DNA of 64,000 bases from a bacterium (GCA_043811375.1 JBDRNJ010000004.1:1-64000), one strand, 5' to 3'. Numbered from the stretch's first letter, positions 19,909 through 31,180 are shown. Notes: generated by a model not told the origin, from the letters alone. Made by a program: numbers and translations.

Positions 19909-20910
19909 ATGAGCGAGTTACACCTGAAGATAGGAAAGCTGCTCAGGATGGAACGCCGACGGCGTTCTCTGACTCTTGAGGAGTTGTCGGTGCGTCTCAA
20001 GATCTCTATAAACAACCTGGAGTCTATCGAAAACGGTCGACCGGATGCCCTGCCGGCCGAATTGTACTTCGATCTGTTTGCCAAGTCGTACGCCGAGGCA
20101 CTCGAAATAGACTACATCGCCACTGTTGAAGCCATCAAAGAGGATATCGGGCAACCCCTGGAATCGTCTGATCGGGCTACCGGAAAAGGCGACGCTGATT
20201 CTCAATCGGCCCCGGCGGAATCCGATAAAGACCAGCCGGCAACCGCAGCGGAGACAATGAGGGGCAACCGATTCCTGCGTACCTTCATAATTCTGCTGGC
20301 GGTTGTGGTCGGGGCGTTTCTTGTCTTTATGGTTGTAAACTGGTTGTTCCTCGAAGATGATCAAGAAGCAGCCATTTCAAACAACCCGGCACCGGCAGAT
20401 CCGGTCGAAGCTGCCGGTGACAATCGATCGGGGCCGGATTCGCTGTATGCCAGTTATGACTGGAACGTGCCCCCGTACCCGGAGCCACAGGAGATGCAGT
20501 TGCAACTGATCGCAAGTGGGGAAAGCTGGGCTACGGTGCTGGCTGATGGTGACACGGCCATTTACCGGACGCTGGTACCGGGCAAAGTATACACCGTACC
20601 GGCTGACTATCGTTATGTCGTATCCATTGCCTGGCCTTCGCGGGTAGCGGTGACACTCAACGGCACTCCGGTCAACCTGCGTAATCCCTCAACGCTGCGC
20701 ATTTCAAGAGTAGCCATCAACCAGAAGAATTTGGATTCGGTTCTCAATCCGCCTGAGATTACCTCCGACACTGCTACCGGCAGCAGCTCAAGCAGCCGGC
20801 AGGCGACAGTCAAGACCCCGGTCACAGCAACTGAGTCATCGACAGTCGACTCTACCAGCGGCGAAACCGTCACCAACAATATTAATGCGAGTGATAACCA
20901 TGAGCGTTAA
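19909..20910 (+). CDS. RodZ-like protein (HTH, TM helix, DUF4115-like periplasmic domain)
   Basis: N-terminal HTH (IGKLLR...LESIENG...YAEALEID), one TM helix, and SWATVLADG. Confidence 0.8.
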   Translation: MSELHLKIGKLLRMERRRRSLTLEELSVRLKISINNLESIENGRPDALPAELYFDLFAKSYAEALEIDYIATVEAIKEDIGQPLESSDRATGKGDADSQSAPAESDKDQPATAAETMRGNRFLRTFIILLAVVVGAFLVFMVVNWLFLEDDQEAAISNNPAPADPVEAAGDNRSGPDSLYASYDWNVPPYPEPQEMQLQLIASGESWATVLADGDTAIYRTLVPGKVYTVPADYRYVVSIAWPSRVAVTLNGTPVNLRNPSTLRISRVAINQKNLDSVLNPPEITSDTATGSSSSSRQATVKTPVTATESSTVDSTSGETVTNNINASDNHER

Positions 20911-21499
20911 GAACCTGGTTTCCGGTATAGCCCTCAACCGCCGCCGTGGACAATTGGATTTGACACCTTTCGATTTCCCAGCCGTCCTGTCAAAACCGAA
21001 GCAGGTGCTGGTATGTCTACCCGGCAATCTGCGCCAGTTGACGCTGGTCAAACAGTTTCTGCCGGGTCTGGTCAAGTTGTTTAAGCCAGCCGAGATCACC
21101 CTGCTGTCGATGCCCGGCATCAGAATCACTGACATTTTCCCCCGCAAAGGGTTTCGAATTCTGACACCGACGTCTGATCAGACCACCTGGTCCGGTCTGG
21201 CCAGAAAGAATTACCTCAAACTGCTTCAGGAAACCCGGTTTGACCTGGTGCTGGACCTTAATCTTGAATCATCCAACTTTGTTTCGAGTATTCTGCTGGG
21301 TTTCCCCGAAGCGCTGCGGATCGGTCGCGGCAATCATCTGGGTCAGCCTTTCTACAACCTTGAAATCAAGACCAAGTACCTGCGGGACGAACGCAACATC
21401 TACCGCTCACTAATCGAAACGCTCAGCCAGCTGAAAAGCGGTCGCAGCAGCCGCCCGGTGCCGGATAGCGAATCAGCTTCGGAGGAATTGTGTACCTGA
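20900..21499 (+). CDS. Hypothetical protein resembling a single GT9-type Rossmann domain (DUF6913-like)
   Basis: KQVLVCLPG, AEITLL and FDLVLDL segments. Overlaps both flanking genes. Confidence 0.5.
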   Translation: MSVKNLVSGIALNRRRGQLDLTPFDFPAVLSKPKQVLVCLPGNLRQLTLVKQFLPGLVKLFKPAEITLLSMPGIRITDIFPRKGFRILTPTSDQTTWSGLARKNYLKLLQETRFDLVLDLNLESSNFVSSILLGFPEALRIGRGNHLGQPFYNLEIKTKYLRDERNIYRSLIETLSQLKSGRSSRPVPDSESASEELCT

Positions 21500-24400
21500 A
21501 ACAACTCGAACTGCTCGGATTCAAATCTTTCGCCAACAAGTTAACCGTTCATTTTTCCGAAGGCATCACAGCCATCGTGGGACCCAATGGTTGCGGCAAA
21601 ACCAACATCCTGGATGCCATCCGCTGGGTGCTCGGAGAACAAAGAATATCGCTGTTGAGGGGCAGCAAGATGGAGGAGATCATTTTCAACGGCACCCGCG
21701 ACGTCAAACCGTTGGGCATGTCCGAAGTGACTCTCACTCTCGTCAATAATCGCGGTATACTGCCGATCGAGTACAACGAAGTCCAGGTGACCCGGCGGCT
21801 GTTTCGCAGCGGTGAGTCCGAGTACCTGCTCAACAAAGTCCCCTGTCGGCGGAGAGATATTTCCGAGTTGTTCTTCGACACCGGCGTCGGAGCTCATTCG
21901 TACTCGGTGATTCAGCAGGAGATGATCGAGTCGGTGATTTCCGATCGCGCCGAAGAACGCCGATTTCTTTTTGAAGAGGCGGCGGGAATTACCAAGTACA
22001 AACAGCGCAAGAAAGCGGCGTTGCGCAAGCTCGAGGCCACCGAGCATGATTTCCTGCGCTTAAACGATATCTTCGCCGAAGTGAAAACCCAGGTCAACTC
22101 GCTCAAACGTCAGCAACGCAAAGCGGACCGTTATCAGAAAGTGGTGCAGGACATACGGGACTGGGAACTGTATCTGTCGGCCGACCGTCTGAAAAGTATT
22201 GAGGCTGAAAGGCAAAAACTACTGTCGCAGAATACCTCGCTTGAGGACCAGCGACTCATCCGGGAGACGTCACTGGACACTACCTCCGCCGAGTTGGAAG
22301 CGGACCGCAAAAAGCAGGTTGACCTGGAACACGAACTCACCCGGGTCGGCAACATTGTCTATCAGGCATCGGAAAAAGCTCACGGCTACGAGACGGAAAT
22401 CTCTGTATTGACTGAAAAGCGTTCCCACGCCAGGTCCTTGATCGAACGCAATCGGCAGGAGATTGACTCGCTGCAAGCCAGGCACGAATTGCTCGGCCGA
22501 CAAATTGCTGAAACCGACGACGAACAACAGCAGATTCGACAGGAATCACAGTCTCTGACGGACCGGCTCCGTGACGCCGAGGAAAAACAAACCCGGGCCG
22601 ACCGGCAGTTGTTGGAGGCGCGCACCGCCAAAGAACGGGAAAACGCGAAACTGATCGATCTGGAGGGAAAACTGTCCTCGGGACGAACTGAGAGCGAATC
22701 CCTTCGCGGTCAGGAAGAGGAACTCAAGCTGCTCGAAACCAATATCGGCAAGCGCATCAGGCAGCAAACCGAACAGCAGGAGCAGCTTCGTCGGCAGATT
22801 GCAGCCCTCCGGGAAACTATGGCCGGAATTGATGCTCACAAGACCGAGACTGAACAAGCTCACCGGCAACTGGGACAGCGACTGGAACAACTTCTGGAGG
22901 AAGGCGAGGAACTGGCCAATGAGATTTCCCACCTGGGCGCCTCACTGGAAGCCTGCCGGGCTCGCAAGAAGCTTCTGACGGATATGATTGTCCACTATGA
23001 AGGTTATGAATCCGGCGTGGTCGAAGCTATGGCCACCCGGGAGCGTTTTGGCGATGGCCTGGTGGGCACCGTTGCGGACAAGTTCGTTCCCGTGGAAGGA
23101 ATGGAGACCGTCGTGGAAGCGGCTCTGGGGGAAATGGCCGGCTTTGTTATCTGCCGGGATCGATCGGTAGGCGAGACGGTCATCGAACACCTCAAAAAAG
23201 AAAAGAGCGGCAAGATCGGCATCCTGGTGCCCGATACCGGTACTCTCAACCCGGTGGTGAAACGTCCCCATCTGGATCGACCCGAATTTATCGGCTGGCT
23301 CGACAGTTTCATCTCCACCGACTCTGATCTGCGCCCTCTGATGGAAGCTGTGGTGGCCCGCACGGCCGTCTTCAAGGCGGGAGCCGATCCCCGGGAAATT
23401 CTGCGATTGCTGCCGTTTGGATTCAAGGCTGTATCAAGCGACGGCGTGGTTTACGGCAAAAACGTTCTGACGGGTGGCTCCGATGATCGATTCCCGCTGT
23501 TTCGCCGCCAGGAAAAGGTCAACGAACAACAACAGATGATTGACCGGTTGCAGCAGCAAATGGATGACACCCGGCAGAAAAAGAACCGACTCACGGCTGA
23601 AATTGCCGCCCATCGAGCTGAGTCCTCAGACCTGTCTCAGAAACTGGAGACACTAACGGATGAGATTGATTCGACCCGAACCGGCCTTAATGAAATCGAG
23701 TTTGAGCTGCGCTCTGTTGACACCGAACTGGATCGCCTGTTGAAGGAACAGGAGACCGGTGGCGATCGGCTGGATAAAATCCACTCACGCCAGCAGGAAC
23801 TGGGACTTGATTGCAATCAGTTGGCCGGTCGGAAAGAGAACCTGAATCGCAGCGTGTCGGAAATCGGCGGACAACTCAGCGAATATGAAAGCGCGGCTGC
23901 CGAGGCGGTGGAGCAGGTCTCGAGGTTGCAGGTGGCAGCGGTGGAGACAAGAAGCAAAATTGAGCAAGCCGAAAGCAAGCGCACCCATCTGCTGGAACTG
24001 CAGCAGGAAATCGACAAAACCACTGCCGACAAAAGCCTTGAAATCGGCCAGGCTGAGCAGGAAATCGAAACCTCCACGCACACTATCTCTGAGCGGGAAG
24101 ATCAACTGAAAATTGCCTTCCGGGAACGCTCGGAAGTAACGACGCGCCAGAGCGAACTGCGCAGCCTTCAGGCAGAGGTGCTCGAGCAGGTAACCGTCAA
24201 AGAAAAACAACTTAAAGAGATCCGGCAAAAACGAGAGGCTCTGGGCGATGAGATGCACCGACTGGAAATGGATCTCCATACCCTGGCGTCTGAGTCCAAA
24301 GCCGTCTGTGACAGGATGCGAGATGAATTCGAAGTCGAAATTATGACGCTGGAACCGGTCAAACCGAACGAGGAGCTTGACGACGAGAATACTCGCCGGC

Positions 24401-25206
24401 ATCTGATCCAACAGAAAGAAACTTTGAAGAAATTCGGTGCTGTTAATCTCCTGGCCCTTCAGGAATATCAGACTGCCGCCGAGCGAAAGCAATTCTTACA
24501 AGAACAACTGGCTGACCTCACCAACGCCAAGAATGATCTCCAGACGACCATCACCCGTATCAACCAGACGGCCAGGAACCTCTTTAACGAAACTTTCGGT
24601 CAGGTACGCGAGAACTTCAAGAAGCTCTTCCTGGAACTGTTTGACGGCGGCGAGGCGGACATCTTCCTGAAAGACCCCGACGATCCCCTTGAGTCCGATA
24701 TCGAAATCATCGCCCGGCCGGGGCGCAAGAAGCTGATATCGATAAACCAGATGTCCGGAGGCGAACGAGCCCTGACGGCCATCTCGCTGTTGTTCGCACT
24801 TTACCTGGTCAAGCCCTCTCCTTTTTGTATCCTGGACGAGATCGATGCTCCCCTCGACGATACCAACTGCCGCCGCTTCCTTAAATTAATTGCTTCCTTC
24901 TCGGACAACACGCAGTTTGTCAACATCACGCACAACAAAATCACTATGGCGGCTGCCGACAACCTTTACGGCGTTACCATGGAACAACCGGGTATATCCA
25001 AGCTGGTGGCGGTAAAATTCGCCGACATCGACGAGGATAAAGTCACCGGCGCCGTTAGAATCGAGGCTGCCATCGACCGGGCTGAAGAGGAATCGGATAC
25101 TGCCGTCGGTTCGGCGATTGACAACAGCGACGAACTGCCGCCGGCCGTCGCCGAGCGCTTGCAATCAGCCCCGGCACCGGACCTGGCGCCGGACGAGCAG
25201 GGCTGA
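21490..25206 (+). CDS. smc: Chromosome segregation protein SMC
   Basis: GFKSF, Walker [10 protein letters not shown], coiled coils with a hinge, MSGGE and LDEIDAPLD. Confidence 0.97.
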   Translation: MYLKQLELLGFKSFANKLTVHFSEGITAIVGPNGCGKTNILDAIRWVLGEQRISLLRGSKMEEIIFNGTRDVKPLGMSEVTLTLVNNRGILPIEYNEVQVTRRLFRSGESEYLLNKVPCRRRDISELFFDTGVGAHSYSVIQQEMIESVISDRAEERRFLFEEAAGITKYKQRKKAALRKLEATEHDFLRLNDIFAEVKTQVNSLKRQQRKADRYQKVVQDIRDWELYLSADRLKSIEAERQKLLSQNTSLEDQRLIRETSLDTTSAELEADRKKQVDLEHELTRVGNIVYQASEKAHGYETEISVLTEKRSHARSLIERNRQEIDSLQARHELLGRQIAETDDEQQQIRQESQSLTDRLRDAEEKQTRADRQLLEARTAKERENAKLIDLEGKLSSGRTESESLRGQEEELKLLETNIGKRIRQQTEQQEQLRRQIAALRETMAGIDAHKTETEQAHRQLGQRLEQLLEEGEELANEISHLGASLEACRARKKLLTDMIVHYEGYESGVVEAMATRERFGDGLVGTVADKFVPVEGMETVVEAALGEMAGFVICRDRSVGETVIEHLKKEKSGKIGILVPDTGTLNPVVKRPHLDRPEFIGWLDSFISTDSDLRPLMEAVVARTAVFKAGADPREILRLLPFGFKAVSSDGVVYGKNVLTGGSDDRFPLFRRQEKVNEQQQMIDRLQQQMDDTRQKKNRLTAEIAAHRAESSDLSQKLETLTDEIDSTRTGLNEIEFELRSVDTELDRLLKEQETGGDRLDKIHSRQQELGLDCNQLAGRKENLNRSVSEIGGQLSEYESAAAEAVEQVSRLQVAAVETRSKIEQAESKRTHLLELQQEIDKTTADKSLEIGQAEQEIETSTHTISEREDQLKIAFRERSEVTTRQSELRSLQAEVLEQVTVKEKQLKEIRQKREALGDEMHRLEMDLHTLASESKAVCDRMRDEFEVEIMTLEPVKPNEELDDENTRRHLIQQKETLKKFGAVNLLALQEYQTAAERKQFLQEQLADLTNAKNDLQTTITRINQTARNLFNETFGQVRENFKKLFLELFDGGEADIFLKDPDDPLESDIEIIARPGRKKLISINQMSGGERALTAISLLFALYLVKPSPFCILDEIDAPLDDTNCRRFLKLIASFSDNTQFVNITHNKITMAAADNLYGVTMEQPGISKLVAVKFADIDEDKVTGAVRIEAAIDRAEEESDTAVGSAIDNSDELPPAVAERLQSAPAPDLAPDEQG

Positions 25207-25220
25207 GGTAACCGCACGCC

Positions 25221-26135
25221 ATGACCAATCCGTTTGAGAAACTCAGGCAGTCCCTGGTCAGGACCAAGGAGAATCTTCTCGGCAAACTCAGTCGAGTTGT
25301 GGCTCGCCGCAGGATCGATGATGAGTTGCTGGACGAAATCGAGCAGATACTGATTGAGGCGGACGTCGGCGTCAAGGCAACCATGAGACTTATCGCGCAC
25401 CTTCGTGAGAGAGCCAAAGAAATGGGGACTTCCGAAGGTGACGAAGTTATTGCCCTGCTGCGTGAGGAGATTACGGCTATTGTGACGCGCCCGGCTCGAT
25501 CCACTACGGTTGATGACTCCCGGCAACCGGCCGTCTGGTTGATCGTTGGCGTTAACGGCGGCGGCAAGACCACAACTATCGGCAAGCTGGCGACCCGGTT
25601 TTCATCAGCCGGTAAAAAAGTGATGATAGCGGCCTGTGATACGTTCCGAGCGGCTGCCGTCGACCAGATCGCCATCTGGGCCGAGCGCAGCCGGGTCGAT
25701 ATCGTCAAGTCAGCGGAAGGTTCCGATCCGGCCGCAGTCGCTTTCGATGCCGCCCAGGCAGCCGCCGCACGATCGGCCGATATCCTGCTGGTAGATACGG
25801 CCGGTCGTCTTCACACCAAGTCCAACCTGATGGAAGAATTGAAAAAAATCCGACGTGTAGTCGGCAAGGCGCTGCCTGATAGCACTATTTCCTGTAAACT
25901 GATCATCGACGGTTCCACCGGACAGAATGCTGTCACCCAGGCCCAGGTCTTTTCGGAGGCTATTGGCTGCGACGGCATCATCGTGACCAAACTCGACGGC
26001 ACCGCCAAAGGCGGCGTCATTATTGCCATTGCCGAGGAACTGGGCTTGCCGGTCGATTTCATCGGTCTTGGCGAAGGTATCGACGATCTGCAACCGTTTG
26101 ACCCCGACCAGTTCGCCCGGGCGCTGTTGTCATGA
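25221..26135 (+). CDS. ftsY: Signal recognition particle receptor FtsY
   Basis: [28 protein letters not shown] and [10 protein letters not shown] motifs. Confidence 0.97.
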   Translation: MTNPFEKLRQSLVRTKENLLGKLSRVVARRRIDDELLDEIEQILIEADVGVKATMRLIAHLRERAKEMGTSEGDEVIALLREEITAIVTRPARSTTVDDSRQPAVWLIVGVNGGGKTTTIGKLATRFSSAGKKVMIAACDTFRAAAVDQIAIWAERSRVDIVKSAEGSDPAAVAFDAAQAAAARSADILLVDTAGRLHTKSNLMEELKKIRRVVGKALPDSTISCKLIIDGSTGQNAVTQAQVFSEAIGCDGIIVTKLDGTAKGGVIIAIAEELGLPVDFIGLGEGIDDLQPFDPDQFARALLS

Positions 26136-26533
26136 ATTACGAGTATTCCGTTCAGTCCCGAACCCGCCAGGAAATGATCAATATCACTTCGCTGGTGCAG
26201 CAGGCGGTGACCGATAGCGGACTTGAGTCAGGCCTGGTTTTCTGTTTTGTCCCACATACGACGGCGGCCGTAACCATCAACGAGGACGCCGATCCCGCCG
26301 TCAAACGCGACCTGCTGTACAAACTGGAAAAGGAAATTCCCCAGTCGGATAACTACCATCACGGCGAAGGTAACTCCGACGCGCACGTAAAATCCTCGCT
26401 GATCGGCTGCTCGGAACTGGTGGCGTTTGAACAGCAGCAACTGGTCCTGGGACGCTGGCAGGGTCTGTACTTTTGCGAGTTCGATGGCCCCCGACGCCGG
26501 CGACTGATAGTCAGGGTTGGCAGTTTTGCTTAG
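26132..26533 (+). CDS. yjbQ: YjbQ/UPF0047 family protein
   Basis: HTTAAVTINE, NSDAHVKSSL and GRWQGLYFCEFDGPR motifs. Confidence 0.92.
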   Translation: MNYEYSVQSRTRQEMINITSLVQQAVTDSGLESGLVFCFVPHTTAAVTINEDADPAVKRDLLYKLEKEIPQSDNYHHGEGNSDAHVKSSLIGCSELVAFEQQQLVLGRWQGLYFCEFDGPRRRRLIVRVGSFA

Positions 26534-26996
26534 GATAAGCATCATTGCCGTCGGCAAAAACAAGGATCGCTGGGTCGATGAAGGCTGCACTCATTTTGAA
26601 AAGCTCCTTTCGCGTTATGCCGGTGTCACCTGGAAGATAGTCGTGCCCGTCAAGGAAACGTCCTCGCTGACGGCAAATGAAATCAAGAAAAAAGAAGGGC
26701 GGCTGATAGAGAAGGCGCTGGGCAAAGGAGTGCACATAGCCTTAACCGACGGCGGTCGAACCGCCGACAGCCGGGCCTTCGCCAAAATGATCGAGAAACT
26801 ACAGGTCACCGGCGGCGGGGGGATAACGTTCATCATCGGCGGACCGCACGGACTTGATGAAGCTGTCCTGAAGCAATCCGATCATGTCCTGTCGTTGTCG
26901 CCGCTGACTTTCTCGCATCAACTGGTACGGCTGGTTCTGCTGGAACAGCTTTATCGTGCCTTTTCGATTCTCCACGGCACCGACTACCACAAGTAG
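26526..26996 (+). CDS. rlmH: 23S rRNA (pseudouridine1915-N3)-methyltransferase
   Basis: IIAVGK, FIIGGPHGL, SLSPLTFSHQLVR and EQLYRAFSILHGTDYHK motifs. TTG start at 26517 or 26526. Confidence 0.95.
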   Translation: MLRISIIAVGKNKDRWVDEGCTHFEKLLSRYAGVTWKIVVPVKETSSLTANEIKKKEGRLIEKALGKGVHIALTDGGRTADSRAFAKMIEKLQVTGGGGITFIIGGPHGLDEAVLKQSDHVLSLSPLTFSHQLVRLVLLEQLYRAFSILHGTDYHK

Positions 26997-27019
26997 TCCG
27001 GCAACCGGCGAGACACTAT

Positions 27020-27550
27020 ATGAACGCGCGAATGAAAACGAGTAACCTGCTTATCACGGGGATGCCGGGAGTGGGCAAAACTACTCTTATCAAGAAACTG
27101 GTCGCCGAACTGGCGACGTTGCACCCGGTGGGTTTCTACACCCGGGAGATCAGACAGGGAGGCGTTCGCCGGGGATTTGAACTGGTGACGCTTGATGGCC
27201 AAAGGCAGGTCCTGGCCGCGGTCGACATTCGCAGCCGGTACCGGGTAGGCAAGTACCGCGTCGATGTAGCTGCTTTCGAGGAAGTAATCGAAAACATTCC
27301 ATACCGTGATCCCTCCAGCCACCTGGCAATCATTGATGAGATCGGGAAAATGGAATGTATGTCTCAGAAGTTCCACTTTCTCGTTAATCGAATCCTTGAA
27401 TCCGATAAACTGCTGATAGCCACCGTCGCCGCTCGGGGGAGCGGTTTGATCGCTGACGTCAGACAACGCCGGGATATTGTGCTTTTTGAAATCACCCGAA
27501 GTAACCGTGACGTGTTACTGCCGGAGATCCTGGCTATCATACGACAATAG
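27020..27550 (+). CDS. THEP1/NTPase_1 nucleoside triphosphatase
   Basis: ITGMPGVGKTT, GFYTREIR, RVGKYRV and IDEIGKME motifs. Confidence 0.9.
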   Translation: MNARMKTSNLLITGMPGVGKTTLIKKLVAELATLHPVGFYTREIRQGGVRRGFELVTLDGQRQVLAAVDIRSRYRVGKYRVDVAAFEEVIENIPYRDPSSHLAIIDEIGKMECMSQKFHFLVNRILESDKLLIATVAARGSGLIADVRQRRDIVLFEITRSNRDVLLPEILAIIRQ

Positions 27551-27563
27551 ATTGGATTCTATC

Positions 27564-28199
27564 TCAGAAGATCTGTGCGAAAGAAGGCAGCCACTCGTTG
27601 GCAAGGAAATAGACGCGACCAATCAGTAGCGATATGCGCCCCATTACGGTGTAGCCGAAATGTGCCCCAAACGAAACCATGATGAACCAGATACCGACCT
27701 TGGCGGTGATACCGAAAACACCTTTGTGTTCCTTGGAGAAGTAGAAGTATATCAGGGTCGAGATTGTGCCCACTACGATCACCACCGCCAGCAACGCTGA
27801 AGCGAAACCATCCACGCCCCCCAACGGCAGCATCGTATCCTGCATCTGCGGCAGCACGATACCATGCAACTGGGTAACCAGGAAAATCCCGGCGGTGTTG
27901 CCCATTACAAAAGCCAGGGCGATGCGTGACACCCACGAGATTTTCGGCCACAAGCGGGCAAACATCATCACCCCCAGCAGTCCCGGAATAACCAGCCACC
28001 AGCTCCCGCCAAGCATCGGATCCCATAATTGCTGAATAATGACCGACTCCCAGATCAGCCCGATGTAATAGCCGGCCGAGAGACCGGCGAAGATGTGCTC
28101 GGCCAGTCGATAAAAGGGGTTGTCCTTGTACAGGAAAGAGAAAATCGCCAGCGTAAAGAAGGCGGCCACCCAGATCGGGATGAGCTCAGAGAAACTCAT
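27564..28199 (-). CDS. Uncharacterised multi-TM membrane protein (gene 4 of the DUF6754 operon)
   Basis: SFLYKDNPFYRLAEHIFAG and FGAHFGYTVMGRISLL; about 6 TM helices. ATGA overlap with the upstream gene. Confidence 0.75.
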   Translation of the reverse strand: MSFSELIPIWVAAFFTLAIFSFLYKDNPFYRLAEHIFAGLSAGYYIGLIWESVIIQQLWDPMLGGSWWLVIPGLLGVMMFARLWPKISWVSRIALAFVMGNTAGIFLVTQLHGIVLPQMQDTMLPLGGVDGFASALLAVVIVVGTISTLIYFYFSKEHKGVFGITAKVGIWFIMVSFGAHFGYTVMGRISLLIGRVYFLANEWLPSFAQIF

Positions 28200-29032
28200 G
28201 TCACCTTCCTCCTCTGTGCCCACCGACCGGCGAAGAAGGCGGCATTGCCCAGGATTACCAACAGGATGATCGCCAGGTGCACCAACGACTGCATACCCAT
28301 ACCTCTTTCCGCCAATCCGCGGGCATCGGCCAGTATTTCATACTCGGCGGCGCCCTTCATGCCGCCCAGCAAACCGGTCATCTGCCCGGAACCTACAAAA
28401 GCGTAGTACTTGGGTGCGGAGACCGCAGTGACCCCGGCCCCGACCGGTGTACCGTACTGGGCGTTAACGATTGAAATCCAGTAGGTGACAATATCGTTGT
28501 CGGCGACAACGAAAATGAACCGGATATCGTCATAATTCTTGACGCTATCCATCAACGGCAGTTCCGCCAGCGGCGTGCCGGAGTTGTCCGTCGGGTAAAT
28601 CGCTTCAATAGAGGTCCCCAGTCCCTTCAGAACCGCCACGTAGTTGGCCTTGTAGCCGAGGTTGACAAAATCGGTGCCATATTCCTTGCCGTATTGCCGG
28701 GCAAGGGTGCGCGTGACCCGTTCGGCCATCGATGGTCCCCCCAGCGGAATAGTGCTCAGCGTAACCACCCGGCAGTGCTTGCGGAACAGATGATGCAGCG
28801 CGGCGGTGGTCATCGGTCCGGTTTCGGCCACGGTCGAGGGGTAGTAGTCGAAAGTAAGCAATACTACCGAGGAGTCAGGCAGCGCCTCGACAGCGTCATA
28901 TAATTGCCGCGCCTCGGGCGTAATACTGATCTTGAATGACATGGGCACAATGAGCGGGAAAACCACCGAAATACACACCAGCAGATAAATCCAGCGGCGA
29001 TCCAGGATACCGATTTTTTCCAGCAGCTTCAC
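28196..29032 (-). CDS. Uncharacterised membrane-anchored protein with soluble alpha/beta domain (gene 3 of the operon)
   Basis: TM helices at both ends. YGTDFVNLGY and SGQMTGLLGGMKGAAEYE motifs. GTG start 4 nt after the upstream stop. Confidence 0.75.
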   Translation of the reverse strand: MKLLEKIGILDRRWIYLLVCISVVFPLIVPMSFKISITPEARQLYDAVEALPDSSVVLLTFDYYPSTVAETGPMTTAALHHLFRKHCRVVTLSTIPLGGPSMAERVTRTLARQYGKEYGTDFVNLGYKANYVAVLKGLGTSIEAIYPTDNSGTPLAELPLMDSVKNYDDIRFIFVVADNDIVTYWISIVNAQYGTPVGAGVTAVSAPKYYAFVGSGQMTGLLGGMKGAAEYEILADARGLAERGMGMQSLVHLAIILLVILGNAAFFAGRWAQRRKVT

Positions 29033-29036
29033 GCGT

Positions 29037-29699
29037 CTACCCTTTCCCCATGTAGGTGCGCTCAATGCCCAGCAGGATTCTCAGCGACATCGAGGCTGCT
29101 CCCAGGGCGGCGCCGATCAGGATTCCACGCTGCACCGCCAGGTTGGCGCCACCCATGACGTAGGTGTTGATCAGGCTGGGCAGGTCCTCGCTAAACTGGC
29201 ACAGGAACGCCTCCCCCATCGGTATCCGCCACAGCATTACCAGGGTGGCCGTGAGCAGCAACAGGGTCGCTTCCGGATTGCGGGCGCGAAAGGCGCGATA
29301 TGCCGCTGATGCGATGTAGAAAGCCAGCATGGCAAACATAGTGGCCATCATCGGGTAGTCGATATGGAAAAACAGCCAGTCATAGATGGAGCCCTCATCA
29401 CGGCCAAGCAGCGATGACCAGGACGAAGGCAGCATGGCGGGGATAGCCATCCCAAACACCCCCAACAGGGTAAAGACGTTGTATACCCAGCCTTCCTTCC
29501 GGGTCCGAACCGCCTGCCAGTTGATACGGGTGATCGACACCCCGCCCAGCAGCATCGTGAATCCCCCGATAATCGTCACCCAGACCAGCACCTGTGATTC
29601 CAGCCAGCCTAGAAAAGTCCGCTCCGGGTTGAAAAAGAATGAGATTATCATTATGAAACCGGACAGGAAAGCAATTATGACCGGAAGTATCGTTCTCAT
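29037..29699 (-). CDS. Uncharacterised multi-TM membrane protein (gene 2 of the operon)
   Basis: TMFAMLAFYIASAAYRAFRARN and QRGILIGAALG...LRILLGIER. Abuts the stop of gene 1. Confidence 0.75.
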   Translation of the reverse strand: MRTILPVIIAFLSGFIMIISFFFNPERTFLGWLESQVLVWVTIIGGFTMLLGGVSITRINWQAVRTRKEGWVYNVFTLLGVFGMAIPAMLPSSWSSLLGRDEGSIYDWLFFHIDYPMMATMFAMLAFYIASAAYRAFRARNPEATLLLLTATLVMLWRIPMGEAFLCQFSEDLPSLINTYVMGGANLAVQRGILIGAALGAASMSLRILLGIERTYMGKG

Positions 29700-30575
29700 C
29701 TACACTGCCTTGAAGAGAGCCTTGAAAGAATCACCAATACCAAACGAGGCCAGAATGACGCCGATGATTATCATCCCTATGATGATAATCTTCATCAGGT
29801 CCTGCCCTTTCAGCCCGCCCAGCATCAACGGTTCGTGGGACAGGTAAGCCGAGGCGGCGTAAAGCTCTTCGCCCATCAGGGTATAGTCGCAGGCCGCGAT
29901 GAAAAAAGGCAACTGCTCCGGCCGGGCCGTACCGGCTATCTGAATGGACCCGGCGGCGTTGCCGGTCTCAGCCAGCAGCAACGATTCTGCAAAGAAAGCG
30001 CCCATATAGAGGTTGGCGGCCGGGCGGTCGCGCATCATCATGCCGTTGATAGTAGCCGTAAAGGCAAACTGCTCACCGGCTACGTAGCGGACGATATCCT
30101 TGTTGTATGAGTCCCGCTTACCCATCTCAATATAGGCCTGTTCCACCACTTCCTGACCAGCTGCCAGCACCATCGGATAGCGCACCGGCACCACCAGCGG
30201 AGTCTCGTATTGAGCGGTGATTTTGGCCACTCGGCCCAGGATTGAAATGGCGGCGATTGTCTCAATCTCGTCGATTTCCTGCAACCCGGGAACAAACAGG
30301 ACCGGGCGTCCCATCTCAGTAGCCCGCCCTACCGCCTCTTCAACAGCGTCGAGTCCAGCTATCTTGCGAACAAACAGTTCCTTGCCCTGCCTGGCCCACC
30401 GTGTGTAAAGCAGAATAGCAATGGAAAACAGACTGAGTGTAATCAGGGCGTTAATCCGGTCGACGCGGAAAAGGTCGTCGGAACTCTGTGCCGCAGCTAC
30501 CTGGTAGTCAAAAAGCAGGCTCAGCAGGATAAACGTTAAGAAACCGGGGCGAAGATGTCTCACAAGATGACGCAC
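29700..30575 (-). CDS. DUF6754-like domain membrane protein (gene 1 of the operon)
   Basis: RKIAGLDAVEEAVGRATEMGRPV, AESLLLAE and CDYTLMGEELYAASAYLS motifs. Start placed at GTG 30575 (or 30563), downstream of the promoter. Confidence 0.75.
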   Translation of the reverse strand: MRHLVRHLRPGFLTFILLSLLFDYQVAAAQSSDDLFRVDRINALITLSLFSIAILLYTRWARQGKELFVRKIAGLDAVEEAVGRATEMGRPVLFVPGLQEIDEIETIAAISILGRVAKITAQYETPLVVPVRYPMVLAAGQEVVEQAYIEMGKRDSYNKDIVRYVAGEQFAFTATINGMMMRDRPAANLYMGAFFAESLLLAETGNAAGSIQIAGTARPEQLPFFIAACDYTLMGEELYAASAYLSHEPLMLGGLKGQDLMKIIIIGMIIIGVILASFGIGDSFKALFKAV

Positions 30576-30580
30576 AGTGG

Positions 30581-30608
30581 AATATACAAACCGTCCTTCT
30601 GCTGTCAA
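30581..30608 (-). promoter_or_regulatory. Promoter of the DUF6754 operon
   Basis: Minus strand TTGACA-N16-TATATT, ending 5 nt before GTG 30575. Confidence 0.6.
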
Positions 30609-30760
30609 AGTTAATAATGGACGTCGGGCGACAACGTTTGTGCAATCGGCAGAGACGGGAAACACATATAAAATCGATGGATTAAATGCATCCCCGCCCG
30701 ATCTGATTCGTATTATTTATCAGTGACGAATGTTGCCGGCAGCGGAGTCTAAAATTATTG

Positions 30761-30788
30761 TTGACTGAGCCGACCGGCATGTTATCTT
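30761..30788 (+). promoter_or_regulatory. Divergent promoter for the 85-aa gene
   Basis: TTGACT-N16-TATCTT with an extended TG. Confidence 0.5.
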
Positions 30789-30817
30789 GAAGGCAAGATA
30801 AGAAGGGGTAGGTCAGA

Positions 30818-31075
30818 ATGGAAATTGGCCTTATTTTTTCGAGTAAGGATCCGCGCCAGACACAGGCAAGGGATTTCGTTGAGCAGTTTATCCGCGACCG
30901 CGGGGTGCTGGCCAGAGTAGTCGAGTCAGAGCAACCGGTTAATTCTCCTACACTTGTCGTCAATGGCCGCACTCTGAGAGATCAGCGGCGGCAACCTCGC
31001 AAAACCGGAAGCGACATGTATCCTTCCACCGCTGATATGGCTCGCTTTCTCGAACGACATCTCTGGGGCGTTTGA
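30818..31075 (+). CDS. Small hypothetical protein, possible cysteine-free thioredoxin/glutaredoxin-like fold
   Basis: Own promoter and purine-rich RBS. Beta-alpha-beta pattern followed by SPTLVVNG (cis-Pro-like). Confidence 0.55.
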   Translation: MEIGLIFSSKDPRQTQARDFVEQFIRDRGVLARVVESEQPVNSPTLVVNGRTLRDQRRQPRKTGSDMYPSTADMARFLERHLWGV

Positions 31076-31180
31076 CGACGGAAAGTACGTATAGAAGGTC
31101 TCGAAGACACCTGCCGATTATGTGACCGGCAGATGTGGAGAGGCTGTTCTATAAGCATATTTCACAAGACAGCGAATATC

